The notes beneath the pieces were generated by a model that saw only the letters and a list, made by a program, of their open reading frames with translations, searched no databases and had not been told where the DNA came from. The position numbers were made by a program, and so were the translations under genes. Below, piece after piece: positions 46,201 through 55,790 of a DNA stretch of 64,000 nucleotides (position 1 is its first letter; each line of letters begins with the position of its first letter). The DNA lies in IMG/VR virus record IMGVR_UViG_3300037067_007801, positions 23,604 through 87,603 of that record. The stretch is one strand, 5' to 3'. Origin of the DNA: a virus (taxonomy: Duplodnaviria > Caudoviricetes).

Positions 46201-48935
46201 TTTCTGCGACGAATGCTGGCGCTGGGACAGCACTTCTTAACATCGATGCCGACGACGCCATCACCATCGATTCGTTGGCTGCTGGCATTTCTCTCGATGG
46301 CGTGACGGCTTCCAACTTCTCTGTGACCGGTGCGAATCTCACGTTGAGCACAATCACTTCTGGCGTGCTTGCGTTGACGTCTGCCGGACTGCTAACGTTG
46401 ACAGATGGTTTCAAGGCTGCTTCGACGTATGGAACCGATCTCGTACTGTCCGATGCTTCTGCCGAGTGGGACACGTTCGATACGAACTTCGGAGAGGTGT
46501 CACTCCTTAACGCGATCAATCAATGTGCTTCTACCGCTGTCACGCTCGATGAAGCCTACAATGCTGGCGCGGCGACGATCACGGTGGACGCCTACGACAC
46601 GACTTGGAACCTAACAGGTGCATTCTCCCATGTCATCAATGCTGCCGGTTGCACGGGCGTAGCGGACGGAGCTTTCGTAGAGGACGGCACGGACTACTGG
46701 CGGTTGACTCATGCCGGTGCGGACACGCTGAACCTCAGTGCGGAACTTGGGTCGGCAACGATTGGAACATCGCTCACGTTCGATCTGAATGCCGTCGGCG
46801 CAATCACTCTCGATAGCAGTGGCGGGACGATTGGGATCGGCGTCAATGCGGACGCTTTCGGAATCAACATCGGCACGGGCGCTGCGGCTCGCGTGATTAC
46901 GATTGGAAATCTTACAACGACCACGGCGGTGAATTTCAATACTGGCACGGGCGGATCGTTGATGACGCTCGCCAATGATGCGCAGTTCACCGTTCAGGGT
47001 TCTGCGACGGCAACGGTTTCTCCTTATGCCGCAATGCTACTCAGAAACCCGCAGGACAGCGGATCGGGTACTGATTACGACAACGAAGTGCATCTCCGAT
47101 TGTGGGCGGGTACGACTACCAGTCATCGCGCCTACATAAATTTTACGGACAACACCGGCACCGATAAGTGGATGACCGGACGCAACGCTTCATCTGTTTG
47201 GATCTTGTACAACTCCGAAACGTGCCATCGCTTGTGGTTTGAGAACGACGATACCGCGCCGTTTAATTCCGGGAATTCGTACATCAACGCAGGCGGTACG
47301 GGCATCGTTCGTTTTGGATACCATGCATCAGATAGCGTCGGGACAGGTGGGGCGGAGGTCTGGTCGGGAGGTGTTGCTCCCTCGTTATGGCACCAATTCA
47401 ACGGAACCAACGCCATATTAGGACGAAAAACCGGCATCGGTTGTACTCCAACGCAGATGCTTGATATTCAGTCCGGGGCCATACGCTTTGGCTATGTCGT
47501 GAAACCGATTGCACCGGTTGCGTCCCTAAGTGGGGCGGGGTCAGTAAATACTGCCGGGACGCATGTTGTAGCAGTAACGTATGGAACTGCTTTGAATGTT
47601 GGAGAGACGGAGCTAAGCGTTGTCTCCAATGTTGTTACTGTAACGGCAGCGCAAGAATACATCGATATCACGTTGCCGGTGAGCGCCGATCAGAATGTGA
47701 CTTATCGCAATGTGTACATGAGCAAGCAGGGTACGGTTACCCCGCTTTATCGTGTTGCGGCATCCCCTGTGGTCAACAACAACACGGGGATAACATATCA
47801 AATATCAGTGGCGGATGCGAGTCTTGTAACTGCGGGAAGCGCGACGGTAAATACTACTTCTGGACGAATTCACTGTGGATCGATTTCGTGCTTTGCCGTT
47901 GATTCGTTGGGCAATCTTGTGCTCGGAGGTAACGGTGGGACTGTTTACGCCTCTGGAGCAACACTTATTCTTGCCGGTTCTGTCGGTGTGACTGCATTCA
48001 AGTCGAATACCGGGGCTGCGTATTTCGGAGTTATGAATCAATATGGTATTGGTTCGCTCGGATGCTCGCCCGCTTCTGGTGAAAACTTCGCCATGCTCGG
48101 CACCTCCGCTGCGGGCGTCAAGATGCAACGTCACACCACCGCGAACACCGCAGGCAACTCGCTCAGCCTGATAGCGGGCGGGGCGACGCTACTTGCTACG
48201 GATAAAAACGGTGGCGAGTTGTTGCTCAAGCCGGGTCAAGCAACCGGCACTGGTTTCGCGCTGTCCTCCATGTGGTGCACTCCCGTTGGCGCGGCGGGCA
48301 CGACGACGAATGATCCGGTGAGGGTATTGACCTGTGCACCGTTGACAGGTGGCGCGGCTGGTAGTTTCGGCGTCGGCGTTGGAACGAGTACGCCGACTTC
48401 ACCATTTGATTTGGAGCGCGCTGGCACCGCGAAATCAGTTGTCGATTTTCTCGAAATCACGAACACTGTGAACGCGGCCGACATGGACGGCACGGGCACG
48501 GGCATCGTCTGGAATCAGTGGTACTACGACGCGGCAACACCGGCCGTAGCGGACGCGGGACGGATTGCCTGCATCACCGAGAACGATTGGACTTCTGTCA
48601 ATCAGGATTCTTGCTTGGCCTTCTATAACGCAGGCACCCGCGCTGTTGAAGAAAAGATGCGGCTGAATTCCAAGGGCACCCTGCAACTCATGGGAACGGT
48701 CACCAATGCAAACGCATACGGTGCACTCCATCTGTTCTACACGGGGACGGTTCCGATTGCTGCAACGGCCGACTCGATCCTGGCCTATGCAGTTGATTCC
48801 AGTGACAACACGGCCACACTTGGGTTGATGCTTGAGCAAGCAGTTGAGGCAATAGGCGCAGGGTTCACGCCCGACTTCAAGCTCAAGATATTGGTGGATG
48901 GTGTTGAATACAGGATAGCGTTGGAAGCAGTGTAG
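43269..48935 (+). CDS. long tail fibre / host-recognition protein (1888 aa)
   Basis: Gly/Ala/Thr-rich, HNSLAGLQGG..GEYYHLT motif, internal duplicated modules, last gene of tail module. Confidence 0.85.
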   Translation: MSTVNQARFTIDATPSEDPVTGDPGYIAAFNQTLDFTLETSPSSALSVTYSVFDAADTSSPLSSYGATALTFVGSGTASETLVNPNGTAQIIMPAFGVASYIVRCSVCMSDATHIYERLVVLEAGTTPALRKTVPAETDQYYKRGWSDEQNKMVEAILGATGLYWGSAGTYQNTWVTDIGGGSIAVLGGTGYLRTTPSVVGVITAVTWAAVAGVAIPANTTRYVGVEYNGGAPQVIVRVANTFNGFDDFLLATVYNEAGTVHILEHEQATMDGVHGSYARFFGNFPLSRAERTGGLIVGDTGVRNLTMSAGVLYDGLSSLTIAAFDSSGASLFDYYFRDGAGGWTKEAAKSQYTSSRYDDGTGVLNALTAAHYGITWWYLESDSHVVGLYGWGNYATLAEAEDATPPSSVPERITAHGLLIGRTIVLRGAASATEVESVFSVEFGLTAVTSHNSLAGLQGGVAGEYYHLTSAQHTDLTDGLTCTSHVHTLDQTYRAAVATVTADVHDVTWNLTGAYSFVLGLAGCTGAADGFQITNGTDFLSVLRADVDNMAWTSEFETFDLNVERDIHIDSLMSVGITTGATGFTVNTTQLVMDQTTGYLGLGVAVPSGMIAMNGEANRQMGMERRTAADTAGKNLAFAAGGATIGATDKNGGDLNLASGISTGTGSSGFNLYCYPAGAAGIVDNTPIAMIQGTAALLTLGDTTGATATTVRAGTGALLLSGAGFINFVDAYKAAGGYAGDFHLSLNAGEWTSFETNFGEVSLLNAINQCAALAVVTLDEAYDAGGAGVGRAITADSGAVDISVPVLVNGTALALHQLMPAATADVFTIENLGTSGASIALTGTRRFIETDSADATFALVAADANNYYLHLSASNGGAGTAGIGIGADDNIDIISSAGCLTLHGYSSAGVGVEIEATAGGGTVNICAVNLPNALNIGTAGARDIDIGSSAATSITAEAKDVSLGVVDNDAAAHTFAISATNAGAGTALLNIDADDAITIDSLAAGISLDGVTASNFSVTGANLTLSTITSGVLALTSAGLLTLTDGFKAASTYGTDLVLSDASAEWDTFDTNFGEVSLLNAINQCASTAVTLDEAYNAGAATITVDAYDTTWNLTGAFSHVINAAGCTGVADGAFVEDGTDYWRLTHAGADTLNLSAELGSATIGTSLTFDLNAVGAITLDSSGGTIGIGVNADAFGINIGTGAAARVITIGNLTTTTAVNFNTGTGGSLMTLANDAQFTVQGSATATVSPYAAMLLRNPQDSGSGTDYDNEVHLRLWAGTTTSHRAYINFTDNTGTDKWMTGRNASSVWILYNSETCHRLWFENDDTAPFNSGNSYINAGGTGIVRFGYHASDSVGTGGAEVWSGGVAPSLWHQFNGTNAILGRKTGIGCTPTQMLDIQSGAIRFGYVVKPIAPVASLSGAGSVNTAGTHVVAVTYGTALNVGETELSVVSNVVTVTAAQEYIDITLPVSADQNVTYRNVYMSKQGTVTPLYRVAASPVVNNNTGITYQISVADASLVTAGSATVNTTSGRIHCGSISCFAVDSLGNLVLGGNGGTVYASGATLILAGSVGVTAFKSNTGAAYFGVMNQYGIGSLGCSPASGENFAMLGTSAAGVKMQRHTTANTAGNSLSLIAGGATLLATDKNGGELLLKPGQATGTGFALSSMWCTPVGAAGTTTNDPVRVLTCAPLTGGAAGSFGVGVGTSTPTSPFDLERAGTAKSVVDFLEITNTVNAADMDGTGTGIVWNQWYYDAATPAVADAGRIACITENDWTSVNQDSCLAFYNAGTRAVEEKMRLNSKGTLQLMGTVTNANAYGALHLFYTGTVPIAATADSILAYAVDSSDNTATLGLMLEQAVEAIGAGFTPDFKLKILVDGVEYRIALEAV

Positions 48936-49001
48936 TAGCAGACGCACGAACGCTATCGGCGAGGCTCTTGACTGAGGTTGAACGCGACGAAAGGGAAGAC
49001 G

Positions 49002-49622
49002 ATGACCGACCACGATCTCGAATTCGCATTGAAGGACCTCACGAAGTCCGTCACGGATCAACGGTATGAACTCGGTGTAAAACTTGCCGTGATCACGACG
49101 AACGTCGGGACGTTGCAGACAGCACACGACGAGAACACCGTGAAGCTCGACAAGGTGCTCGCCCTTGAATTGTCCTGCCCCGCTCGCGCTGGATTCAAGG
49201 GAACGAACGCACGTCTTTCTAAACTGGAAACAACTGACCGCGTTCGTATCGAGTCTGAACTCCAACAGGCTCGTGACGAGATCACTGGACAGCAGGACGT
49301 CGAACGTACCGAGAAAACCGAGGCTACTATCCGCCGACGTTTTGGAGACAACGGCGGGACGTTCTTCAAGGCACTCGTCTGGAAGGCCCTACCGTATGTC
49401 CTGTTCGGCTGCGTTGCTCTCGGTGCCTATCTCGTATCTGGTGGGGATACCGACGCCACCACGCGGGCGCTGCGGGCCGTCTCTGATGCCGTTGCCCGGG
49501 TGGACGGGAAGATCGAGAAGGTCGAGAAGAAAGTCGACGAGGTGGTCGCCGACACCGACCAGACGGATGAGGAAGAACCCGGCGTGCCGATGGCTCCGCT
49601 ACCCGCTGCAATTCTACCTTGA
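49002..49622 (+). CDS. coiled-coil membrane protein (holin/spanin-like candidate)
   Basis: One TM segment ALPYVLFGCVALGAYLV flanked by coiled coils; after tail fibre. Confidence 0.55.
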   Translation: MTDHDLEFALKDLTKSVTDQRYELGVKLAVITTNVGTLQTAHDENTVKLDKVLALELSCPARAGFKGTNARLSKLETTDRVRIESELQQARDEITGQQDVERTEKTEATIRRRFGDNGGTFFKALVWKALPYVLFGCVALGAYLVSGGDTDATTRALRAVSDAVARVDGKIEKVEKKVDEVVADTDQTDEEEPGVPMAPLPAAILP

Positions 49623-49647
49623 CACCTTGATTTCTTCGGCCTATCTT
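49619..49647 (+). promoter_or_regulatory. putative sigma70 promoter
   Basis: TTGACA-17bp-TATCTT without the class E palindrome. Confidence 0.55.
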
Positions 49648-49695
49648 TGGGCCTCAATGTCGCGAAAGAAAATCAAAAGCAAGAGGAGGAATCGA

Positions 49696-50127
49696 ATGCG
49701 AATCGATCTGTCGAAAGAGATCACCGGGCTCGATGACAAGCCGTTCACGACCGGGGAAGTCACGCTGGTTCAGAAGACGGACGACAACGGCGATCCCGTG
49801 GTATACGCGAACGGCAACCCGGTCATGGTGAACAAGCCCGTCGCCCTGACCATTCGCAGTGCGCTGATCATGGCGTACGTCAACCCGCCGTCGCCGCAGG
49901 CGCCCATCAACCTCACCGAGAAGGTCGCTCGCGGCTCGATGGCGGTCAGATTGCACAGCGCGAAGGATCACATCGACCTGACGGCTGAGGAGGTCGCCAA
50001 GGCCAAGACGCTGCTCTCCGAAGTGATCGGCTCTCCGGTCGCCATGCTGCGGCTGGTCGAGATCCTGGACCCGGCGTCGATTCCGCGCGAGCCGCTCGCT
50101 GCGGTCGAGGACGAGCCCAAGGAGTAG
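49696..50127 (+). CDS. hypothetical protein (tail-fibre chaperone-like)
   Basis: MRIDLSKEITGLDDKPF...EKVARG.MA...IDLTAEEVA; GAGGAGG RBS. Confidence 0.7.
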   Translation: MRIDLSKEITGLDDKPFTTGEVTLVQKTDDNGDPVVYANGNPVMVNKPVALTIRSALIMAYVNPPSPQAPINLTEKVARGSMAVRLHSAKDHIDLTAEEVAKAKTLLSEVIGSPVAMLRLVEILDPASIPREPLAAVEDEPKE

Positions 50128-50128
50128 C

Positions 50129-50368
50129 GTGGGACTCCGGTCCAACGTCACATGCTTAACCGCGTCCGACGACCCACGCGGGATGCTCGTCGAAGCCATC
50201 GAGCGGTGGGGCGGCCGGCTGAACTGGGTGGCTCACGACCTCGGTATCGATCGCAAACGACTCTACCTCGCTGTCGAGAAGTTGGGCCTGTGGCCGACCG
50301 TGAATCACGCCCGCGAGAAGCGTCACGACGAACGGATGCAACGGAGGGCTGCATGTCCTATCACCTAA
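50129..50368 (+). CDS. Fis-type HTH protein
   Basis: AIERWGGRLNWVAHDLGIDRKRLYLAVEKLGL. Confidence 0.7.
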   Translation: MGLRSNVTCLTASDDPRGMLVEAIERWGGRLNWVAHDLGIDRKRLYLAVEKLGLWPTVNHAREKRHDERMQRRAACPIT

Positions 50369-50583
50369 CGCAGCAAGGTAGTGAGGTGGTCCTCCAGCCC
50401 GAGCGGGCGTCTCGAGTCCTGTCCGCTCTGTTCAAACGGTTCCACGGCCGCACCGTTGACGTTGCGTCGTATCTCGGAGTCAGCACGTCCACGGTGAAGA
50501 GGTGGGTTGCTCTGCTGGACGAAAGAAATTTCACGCTTCGAAATGAAATTGATTCGTTTCGCCAGCGGAGAACAGATGGCTAG
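50353..50583 (+). CDS. HTH DNA-binding protein
   Basis: FHGRTVDVASYLGVSTSTVKRWV. Confidence 0.7.
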   Translation: MSYHLTQQGSEVVLQPERASRVLSALFKRFHGRTVDVASYLGVSTSTVKRWVALLDERNFTLRNEIDSFRQRRTDG

Positions 50584-51574
50584 TTTGAACATGAACCGCG
50601 TCCACCGCGACACCGTGGATCGGTATCTTCGGTACTACAAGCTCAACCCGATGGGCGGTCTTGCCGATCGCTGCATGAGGTTGCAGGCGAGGTTCACCAC
50701 ACTTGCCGCGAGTCACGAGATCCAGTTGTCCGAGTGCGACGGCTGTGGTGGGCGGAGTGACGCGGCGCTTCCCGTCTGTCCGTTCTGCGGTGAAGGTGGG
50801 CTTCTCGGGCCGGACACCGCGGCGCCGGAACTACCGCCACTCGGACCCGACACCGAAACGACGGCCATCGTGGTCGCGACTGTCGAAGGTGCTACTCCTG
50901 CCGAACGGCTCGACCGTTGCATGTCCGAGCTCGCCACGTGTGCCCGGGTGCACCGGTCGAACCTGTACCGGGTCGGATGTCTGCTTCGGCAGATTCGCGA
51001 CGAGGAGTTGTGGCGACATCGGTTCGACGGCCGCGGGCTTCCACTGTACACCGGGTACGCGGCGTTCATTGAGTCCGAGGTGCATGTCACTCGACAGCAG
51101 GCCGTCAAGTTGATCCGCTGCGTCGAGGAGTTCCCGCCCGAGGAGTTCGAGAAGTGGGGAGCATCTCGACTCTACTTCTCGCTGCGGCTGCCCGAGGACG
51201 AGCGCGGGAAGTTCCTGGAGGAGACAAAGGGCTTGCCGAATGACGAGCTCGCGGCTGAGGCCAACCAACGAAAGAAGACGGTCGCCGAGTCGGGTCCGTT
51301 CCCGCGGATGCCGAAGTCAAAGCGAGTCGTGCAGGCGATCCCGCTGGGTCACGTCATCGCCAGGATGTACGCTCGGCCGACGCGCAATCATCCTGTCGGC
51401 GTGCCCACCCGTGATGCCGTGTCGTTGACCGACGAGCCGTGGACACAGATTCAGATCACCGATGATCTATGGGCGCGGCTGACTGTTCGACAGCTCACCG
51501 ACGGCACGGGAGCACTTGCGATCGGGTTCGAACTGAGACAGGGCACGCTCGTGCCGAGAAAGGATGGAAGATGA
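50576..51574 (+). CDS. Zn-finger hypothetical DNA-binding protein
   Basis: CDGCG...CPFCG; YTGYAAFIESEVHVTRQQAVKLI helical motif. Confidence 0.7.
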   Translation: MASLNMNRVHRDTVDRYLRYYKLNPMGGLADRCMRLQARFTTLAASHEIQLSECDGCGGRSDAALPVCPFCGEGGLLGPDTAAPELPPLGPDTETTAIVVATVEGATPAERLDRCMSELATCARVHRSNLYRVGCLLRQIRDEELWRHRFDGRGLPLYTGYAAFIESEVHVTRQQAVKLIRCVEEFPPEEFEKWGASRLYFSLRLPEDERGKFLEETKGLPNDELAAEANQRKKTVAESGPFPRMPKSKRVVQAIPLGHVIARMYARPTRNHPVGVPTRDAVSLTDEPWTQIQITDDLWARLTVRQLTDGTGALAIGFELRQGTLVPRKDGR

Positions 51575-52341
51575 AATCGTCTGAATCATGTTTGAAGCTA
51601 GAAGATTTTTCTAGTTTCCTTGATGGATACACACCACCTGGCTATCGAGCAAACGAAGTGGCACCGGTAACCGTTAGATCTATTCCGAAGAAACTATTTC
51701 CGGTAAAGCGCGAAATAAGCGCTTTGTTTGATCCTAGCAATGAAGGCTCTACATTCGGAGCACTTAGGGCATGCGCAAGTGCAATCCACATGGACCGTGA
51801 GGTCGACATGTGGGCAGAGGTTTCAAGATTGGGTTCTCATTTCAAGGCCATCATCCCGTGGAAACAATACGACGCCGTGTGTTTTTTAGATCTTGAGAAC
51901 GACACTGGAGGTCACGCCTGGATGGGTGGCGATACGTTTGGTTTGTTGATTGATAGAAGCAAGGAAATTATCGGAGAAGATGAGATCCAAAAGTGTCTCG
52001 AAAACATGAGAAGCCCTGTTTTGAATCCTCAGGTTTCTAAACACTCCATAAACATCGATCTATCATCCTGGAATATTTCTCTTCCGAGGGTTCACCTTCT
52101 GCTGAACAAATACATTCCGATCGATGGGAAACGATTGCGCTACATAATGGATGACGTCGTCGCATTCATCAATCCAAACTCCGGTAAGACTTATCGACAA
52201 AAACAGCCCGATGGATCGGGATGGAAGGTCGAGAAATTTCCGGCGAATGAACACGATTCCAGAGGCATCGAACGACTTGTGATATCCATGACCGAGGCTG
52301 TCATACTGCCAGAAAATATAATCATTTTGGAAACAGCATGA
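51571..52341 (+). CDS. hypothetical protein (lower GC)
   Basis: ATG 51571 overlapping upstream stop; AT-richer codon usage. Confidence 0.7.
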   Translation: MKSSESCLKLEDFSSFLDGYTPPGYRANEVAPVTVRSIPKKLFPVKREISALFDPSNEGSTFGALRACASAIHMDREVDMWAEVSRLGSHFKAIIPWKQYDAVCFLDLENDTGGHAWMGGDTFGLLIDRSKEIIGEDEIQKCLENMRSPVLNPQVSKHSINIDLSSWNISLPRVHLLLNKYIPIDGKRLRYIMDDVVAFINPNSGKTYRQKQPDGSGWKVEKFPANEHDSRGIERLVISMTEAVILPENIIILETA

Positions 52342-52928
52342 GCGACGAACCGAAAGAACCTGTCGATTTGCACCTCGTCACGGACGACGACGAGCCGAAC
52401 GCGCCGGCTCGTATCGATCAGAGCCCAGGTTTGTACCCGCACGTGACGCCGCAGGAGTCGGCACAGCGTCAGCAGGTGCTCGCTCGGCTGTTGGTCTCGT
52501 GGTATTCGAGCGAGGAAATCTATGCCGTCATGTCCAAGAAGTTCGGCATGACGAACAAGGCGGTTGACCTGCTTGAGGTAGAGATCTGCAAGTCGTGGGC
52601 TAGTGAAGACAACAGGCGCAAGCCGTACTTCAAGAACGCGGCTCGTCGTCGTCTTCTGCGGCACGTCGAGAAGGCAGCCGAGGACCACGCCTGGGGTGGT
52701 GTCTTCAAGGGCGAAGAGTTGCTGTCGAAGATCGAGGGCACGCAGGCGCCTCTCGCTGTCGACGTTCACACCTCCGGCGAGATGCACCACACACACGCGC
52801 TCGCCCGCATGATGAACGACATGCCGCAAGACGAGTTGCGAGCACTCATCGAGGCCGAGCGCAAGCTGATCGGCGACGGAAGTGATGCGCCCATCGATGT
52901 TGAGGTCACCCCGATTGCGGACGACTGA
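52338..52928 (+). CDS. putative terminase small subunit-like protein
   Basis: N-terminal HTH-like (IYAVMSKKFGMT..AV), helical core, ELLSKIEG..AP.AVDV tail; inference only. Confidence 0.45.
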   Translation: MSDEPKEPVDLHLVTDDDEPNAPARIDQSPGLYPHVTPQESAQRQQVLARLLVSWYSSEEIYAVMSKKFGMTNKAVDLLEVEICKSWASEDNRRKPYFKNAARRRLLRHVEKAAEDHAWGGVFKGEELLSKIEGTQAPLAVDVHTSGEMHHTHALARMMNDMPQDELRALIEAERKLIGDGSDAPIDVEVTPIADD

Positions 52929-52952
52929 GCGGCTCAAGAATGGGCCGATTTT

Positions 52953-53009
52953 CCCACCTACAAATCACAAACTTTTCCTATTGACACCCTAAACCACAAG
53001 GTTTATATT
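52953..53009 (+). promoter_or_regulatory. early-class promoter/operator (class E, copy 3)
   Basis: TTGACA(52981)-17bp-TATATT with perfect TAAACC-ACAA-GGTTTA; ATG 8 nt downstream (leaderless). Confidence 0.85.
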
Positions 53010-53016
53010 CCTTTCC

Positions 53017-53226
53017 ATGACACAACGCTATCAGCCTCAAGACTTCTCGCACCTCGTGCGAGAGCAGATGGCCCGGCGCGAGTTGAGCCTCGCTGAACTC
53101 GCTCGCCGAATGAGCGCGTCGAGCCAAGCAGTCATCCGCATCCTGACGCGGAACAACCCGAGGGTGAGCACCGTGCTTCGCGTTGCGTTCGCGCTCGGCG
53201 TCGACCCGCGGGAGCTCGTGCCATGA
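53017..53226 (+). CDS. XRE/Cro-family HTH regulator
   Basis: LSLAELARRMSASSQAVIRIL..NNPRVSTVLRVAFALGVDPREL. Confidence 0.9.
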   Translation: MTQRYQPQDFSHLVREQMARRELSLAELARRMSASSQAVIRILTRNNPRVSTVLRVAFALGVDPRELVP

Positions 53227-53404
53227 GTGACGACGATTTCAAGCAGTGTGGAGTGGTTCGTGAGGATCGACCGATATTCGTCTGGGCATGTCTCAGGTGT
53301 GGTTGCGTAGTGCGATCGAATCAGATGCGTCAGGAATATTGTGACGACTGTGAGTGGCAAATGTGCACGCGGTGGTTACACGTTGAGGCAGTGGAGGATT
53401 GAAG

Positions 53405-54697
53405 ATGAACGACAAGACAAAGAGTTCGGCGCACCTCATTCGCGCCGAGGTTCAGAACGTGCTCGGCATCCGTCTCGCCGAGGTGAAGTTCGATCCCGAT
53501 GGCGGCCTGATCGTCGTTGGCGGTGAGAACGGCGCTGGCAAGTCATCTCTACTCGATGCGATCCGGTGGGCTCTCGACGGAGTGAAGCCTAAGGGCAAGG
53601 AACTGCTACACCATGGCGCGGACAAGGGCGTGGTGACGCTGGACCTCGCGGGAGAGGTGGTAGAGGTACGGCGCGCGGTCACCGAGAAGGGCACGACGCT
53701 CAAGGTCACAGGGCCGGACGGAAGTGACCTCAAGAAACCGCAAGGCGTGCTCGACGCGCTATGCGGTCGGTTCGGTATCGACCCCACGGAGTTTCTGACC
53801 CTCAACGATGAACAGCAAACGAAGCGTGTTCAAGAGGTCATGGGTGTCGACTTCTCTGACCTAGACGCCAAGCACAAGCGGCTGTACGAGGAGCGGACCA
53901 ACGCGAACCGCCGCGTGCGAGACGCCGAGGGAGAACTCCGCAACCGACCACGCCCAGAGCCCGGCGACCCCACCGAAGAAGTGGTGCTGTCGACGTTGCT
54001 GAAAGAAATCGCTGAGGCCGAAGAGTGGGAACGCTCTTTCAAAAAAGATGAGGCCGAACTCGAGGAACTCCGAGTAGACGCGGCTTCTATCAAGGCTGAA
54101 ATTAGTCAGCTAGAGAACCGCACAAAGGAACTAACAACCCAGCGCGCGCAAATCGTGGAATTGGGCAAGGCGCTCAAAGAAAAGTTCGACTCACGCGTCC
54201 CGACGCTTGCTGAGACGCAGGCGAACGGTTCCGACGCCGCATCTCTGCGTGCCAAACTCACAAACGCCGAGACCATCAACGCGCGTGTGGCCGTCGGCAA
54301 GCGACGTGCCGAAGCCGAAGACAAGGTCCGCACGCTCGGCATCGAAGCTGAGAAGGTGGACAAGGCACTCGCCGACGTTCAATCCGAGCGCGCGAAACGC
54401 ATAGCGGAGGCACCGCTGAGAGTTGACGGGGTGGACATCCGGGACGGAGTGGTCTGCTACAACGGTGCTCCGTTGTCAGAAGCGTCGGACGGACAGCGGT
54501 TGCGAGTGGCGTTCGAAATCGCATCGGCTGGCAATCCGGACCTTCGTGTGCTGTTCCTACGACACGGCGCGTTGCTCGACTCGAAGAACAGAAAGACGGT
54601 GGCGGAGTTGGCTTGTGAGCGCGGATACACCGTCGTCATGGAGGTTGTCGGAACGTCTGGTATTGACGTGTTCATCGAGGACGGAGTGTCGAAATGA
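53405..54697 (+). CDS. SMC/RecN-like AAA ATPase
   Basis: GENGAGKSSLLDAI Walker A, long coiled coil, ASDGQRL signature, LLD, VVMEVV. Confidence 0.88.
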   Translation: MNDKTKSSAHLIRAEVQNVLGIRLAEVKFDPDGGLIVVGGENGAGKSSLLDAIRWALDGVKPKGKELLHHGADKGVVTLDLAGEVVEVRRAVTEKGTTLKVTGPDGSDLKKPQGVLDALCGRFGIDPTEFLTLNDEQQTKRVQEVMGVDFSDLDAKHKRLYEERTNANRRVRDAEGELRNRPRPEPGDPTEEVVLSTLLKEIAEAEEWERSFKKDEAELEELRVDAASIKAEISQLENRTKELTTQRAQIVELGKALKEKFDSRVPTLAETQANGSDAASLRAKLTNAETINARVAVGKRRAEAEDKVRTLGIEAEKVDKALADVQSERAKRIAEAPLRVDGVDIRDGVVCYNGAPLSEASDGQRLRVAFEIASAGNPDLRVLFLRHGALLDSKNRKTVAELACERGYTVVMEVVGTSGIDVFIEDGVSK

Positions 54698-55137
54698 ACA
54701 TGTTCGACTTACCTATTCCTGAGAAGGTAGTTCTGCTTAATGGGAAACTTCTATCCATGTCTCTGTCGGGAGAATGGATTGATGCACAAGCAGACATCGT
54801 AATTACCATGGACACATGTATTCTTTGCGAAATAGTCCCGAGTCCATATCGATTTCAACACGAAAATCCTTGGGGAAAAATAGTCGAACGCATGGAGAAA
54901 TTTAGAGGTTCCGAGATAGGTGTGAAATTCACAAATCTAGGCGGTGCGTTGCAAGATGGAATACTTTTATCGTGCTCCATAATCAAAGCGGAATCACAAC
55001 TCGAGAAATTTTGGGAGAACAGATATTATCCCGAGCCCGCTGGCGCTGAGGTTCCAAATTCCGGGAAAGAGATAGCGTGTTACGTGACAACAAAAATCGA
55101 ACTCGTCGCGGATAAATTCGTGGTCTGTAATTCATAG
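54694..55137 (+). CDS. hypothetical protein (low GC)
   Basis: ORF 147 aa, ATGA overlap. Confidence 0.65.
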   Translation: MNMFDLPIPEKVVLLNGKLLSMSLSGEWIDAQADIVITMDTCILCEIVPSPYRFQHENPWGKIVERMEKFRGSEIGVKFTNLGGALQDGILLSCSIIKAESQLEKFWENRYYPEPAGAEVPNSGKEIACYVTTKIELVADKFVVCNS

Positions 55138-55153
55138 AGGATGGAGTTTCGAA

Positions 55154-55591
55154 GTGAACGAAACGTGTAAGGATTGCGAATATTGGGGTCTCATGTATGC
55201 GAACGAAATGAAGCGTTCCGAACGTGCCATATCCGAACTGCGAACGGCCCTGGAGGAAAACCAGCGTTTGCGGACCAAGGCTGGTGAACTCCCACAAATC
55301 ACGGTTGGTTGTTCCGTCTGTGGCGACGATGTTGAGATCTCGGAAGTCGGCGCAAACGAAGATGGGAGCATCTGGATAACGGTCAGCGGTGTCTGCTCTC
55401 GAGAGACCAACTCGCGAATCGAAGAGGCCAATCACAGAGCGCGCCAGGAACGGGTAGAAGCCAACCGACGGCTCGAAAACGAGCGGCGGGAATGCGAACA
55501 GCAACGCGAGACTGACCGATTCATATCCAGACAGAGAGAAGAGAAGGCCGAGGAACAAAGACGTTGGGACAGAATGCTTGGAAGGAGATAA
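55154..55591 (+). CDS. hypothetical Zn-binding/coiled-coil protein
   Basis: CKDC, CSVC motifs; charged C-terminal coil. Confidence 0.65.
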   Translation: MNETCKDCEYWGLMYANEMKRSERAISELRTALEENQRLRTKAGELPQITVGCSVCGDDVEISEVGANEDGSIWITVSGVCSRETNSRIEEANHRARQERVEANRRLENERRECEQQRETDRFISRQREEKAEEQRRWDRMLGRR

Positions 55592-55596
55592 GCGAG

Positions 55597-55788
55597 ATGC
55601 AAAATCCTGATACCGGACTAATGGAGATGATCACACCAGAGCGTGCCATAGAGATTAAGAAGGAGGGGAAATATGCTGTATTTCGCGTTGGTGAGATTGT
55701 TGATCTGCATGGCGGCCGGTTTCGGGTCCGCAAGATCACGAAGAAAGACATCATCCTGCGCGGTATTCCGATGAACGAGAAGGAGTAG
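55597..55788 (+). CDS. small hypothetical protein
   Basis: MQNPDTG...FRVGEIVDLHGGRFRVRKIT. Confidence 0.55.
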   Translation: MQNPDTGLMEMITPERAIEIKKEGKYAVFRVGEIVDLHGGRFRVRKITKKDIILRGIPMNEKE

Positions 55789-55790
55789 AG

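Noticed and set aside
7331-48935. Transposable Mu-type prophage
   Set aside because: The structural genes are Mu-like, but no MuA/MuB transposase, host flanks or att sites are visible, and replication is initiator/DnaB type.
51571-52341. Second capsid/encapsulin-like protein
   Set aside because: Only a vague C-terminal resemblance by eye; not supportable without a structure search.
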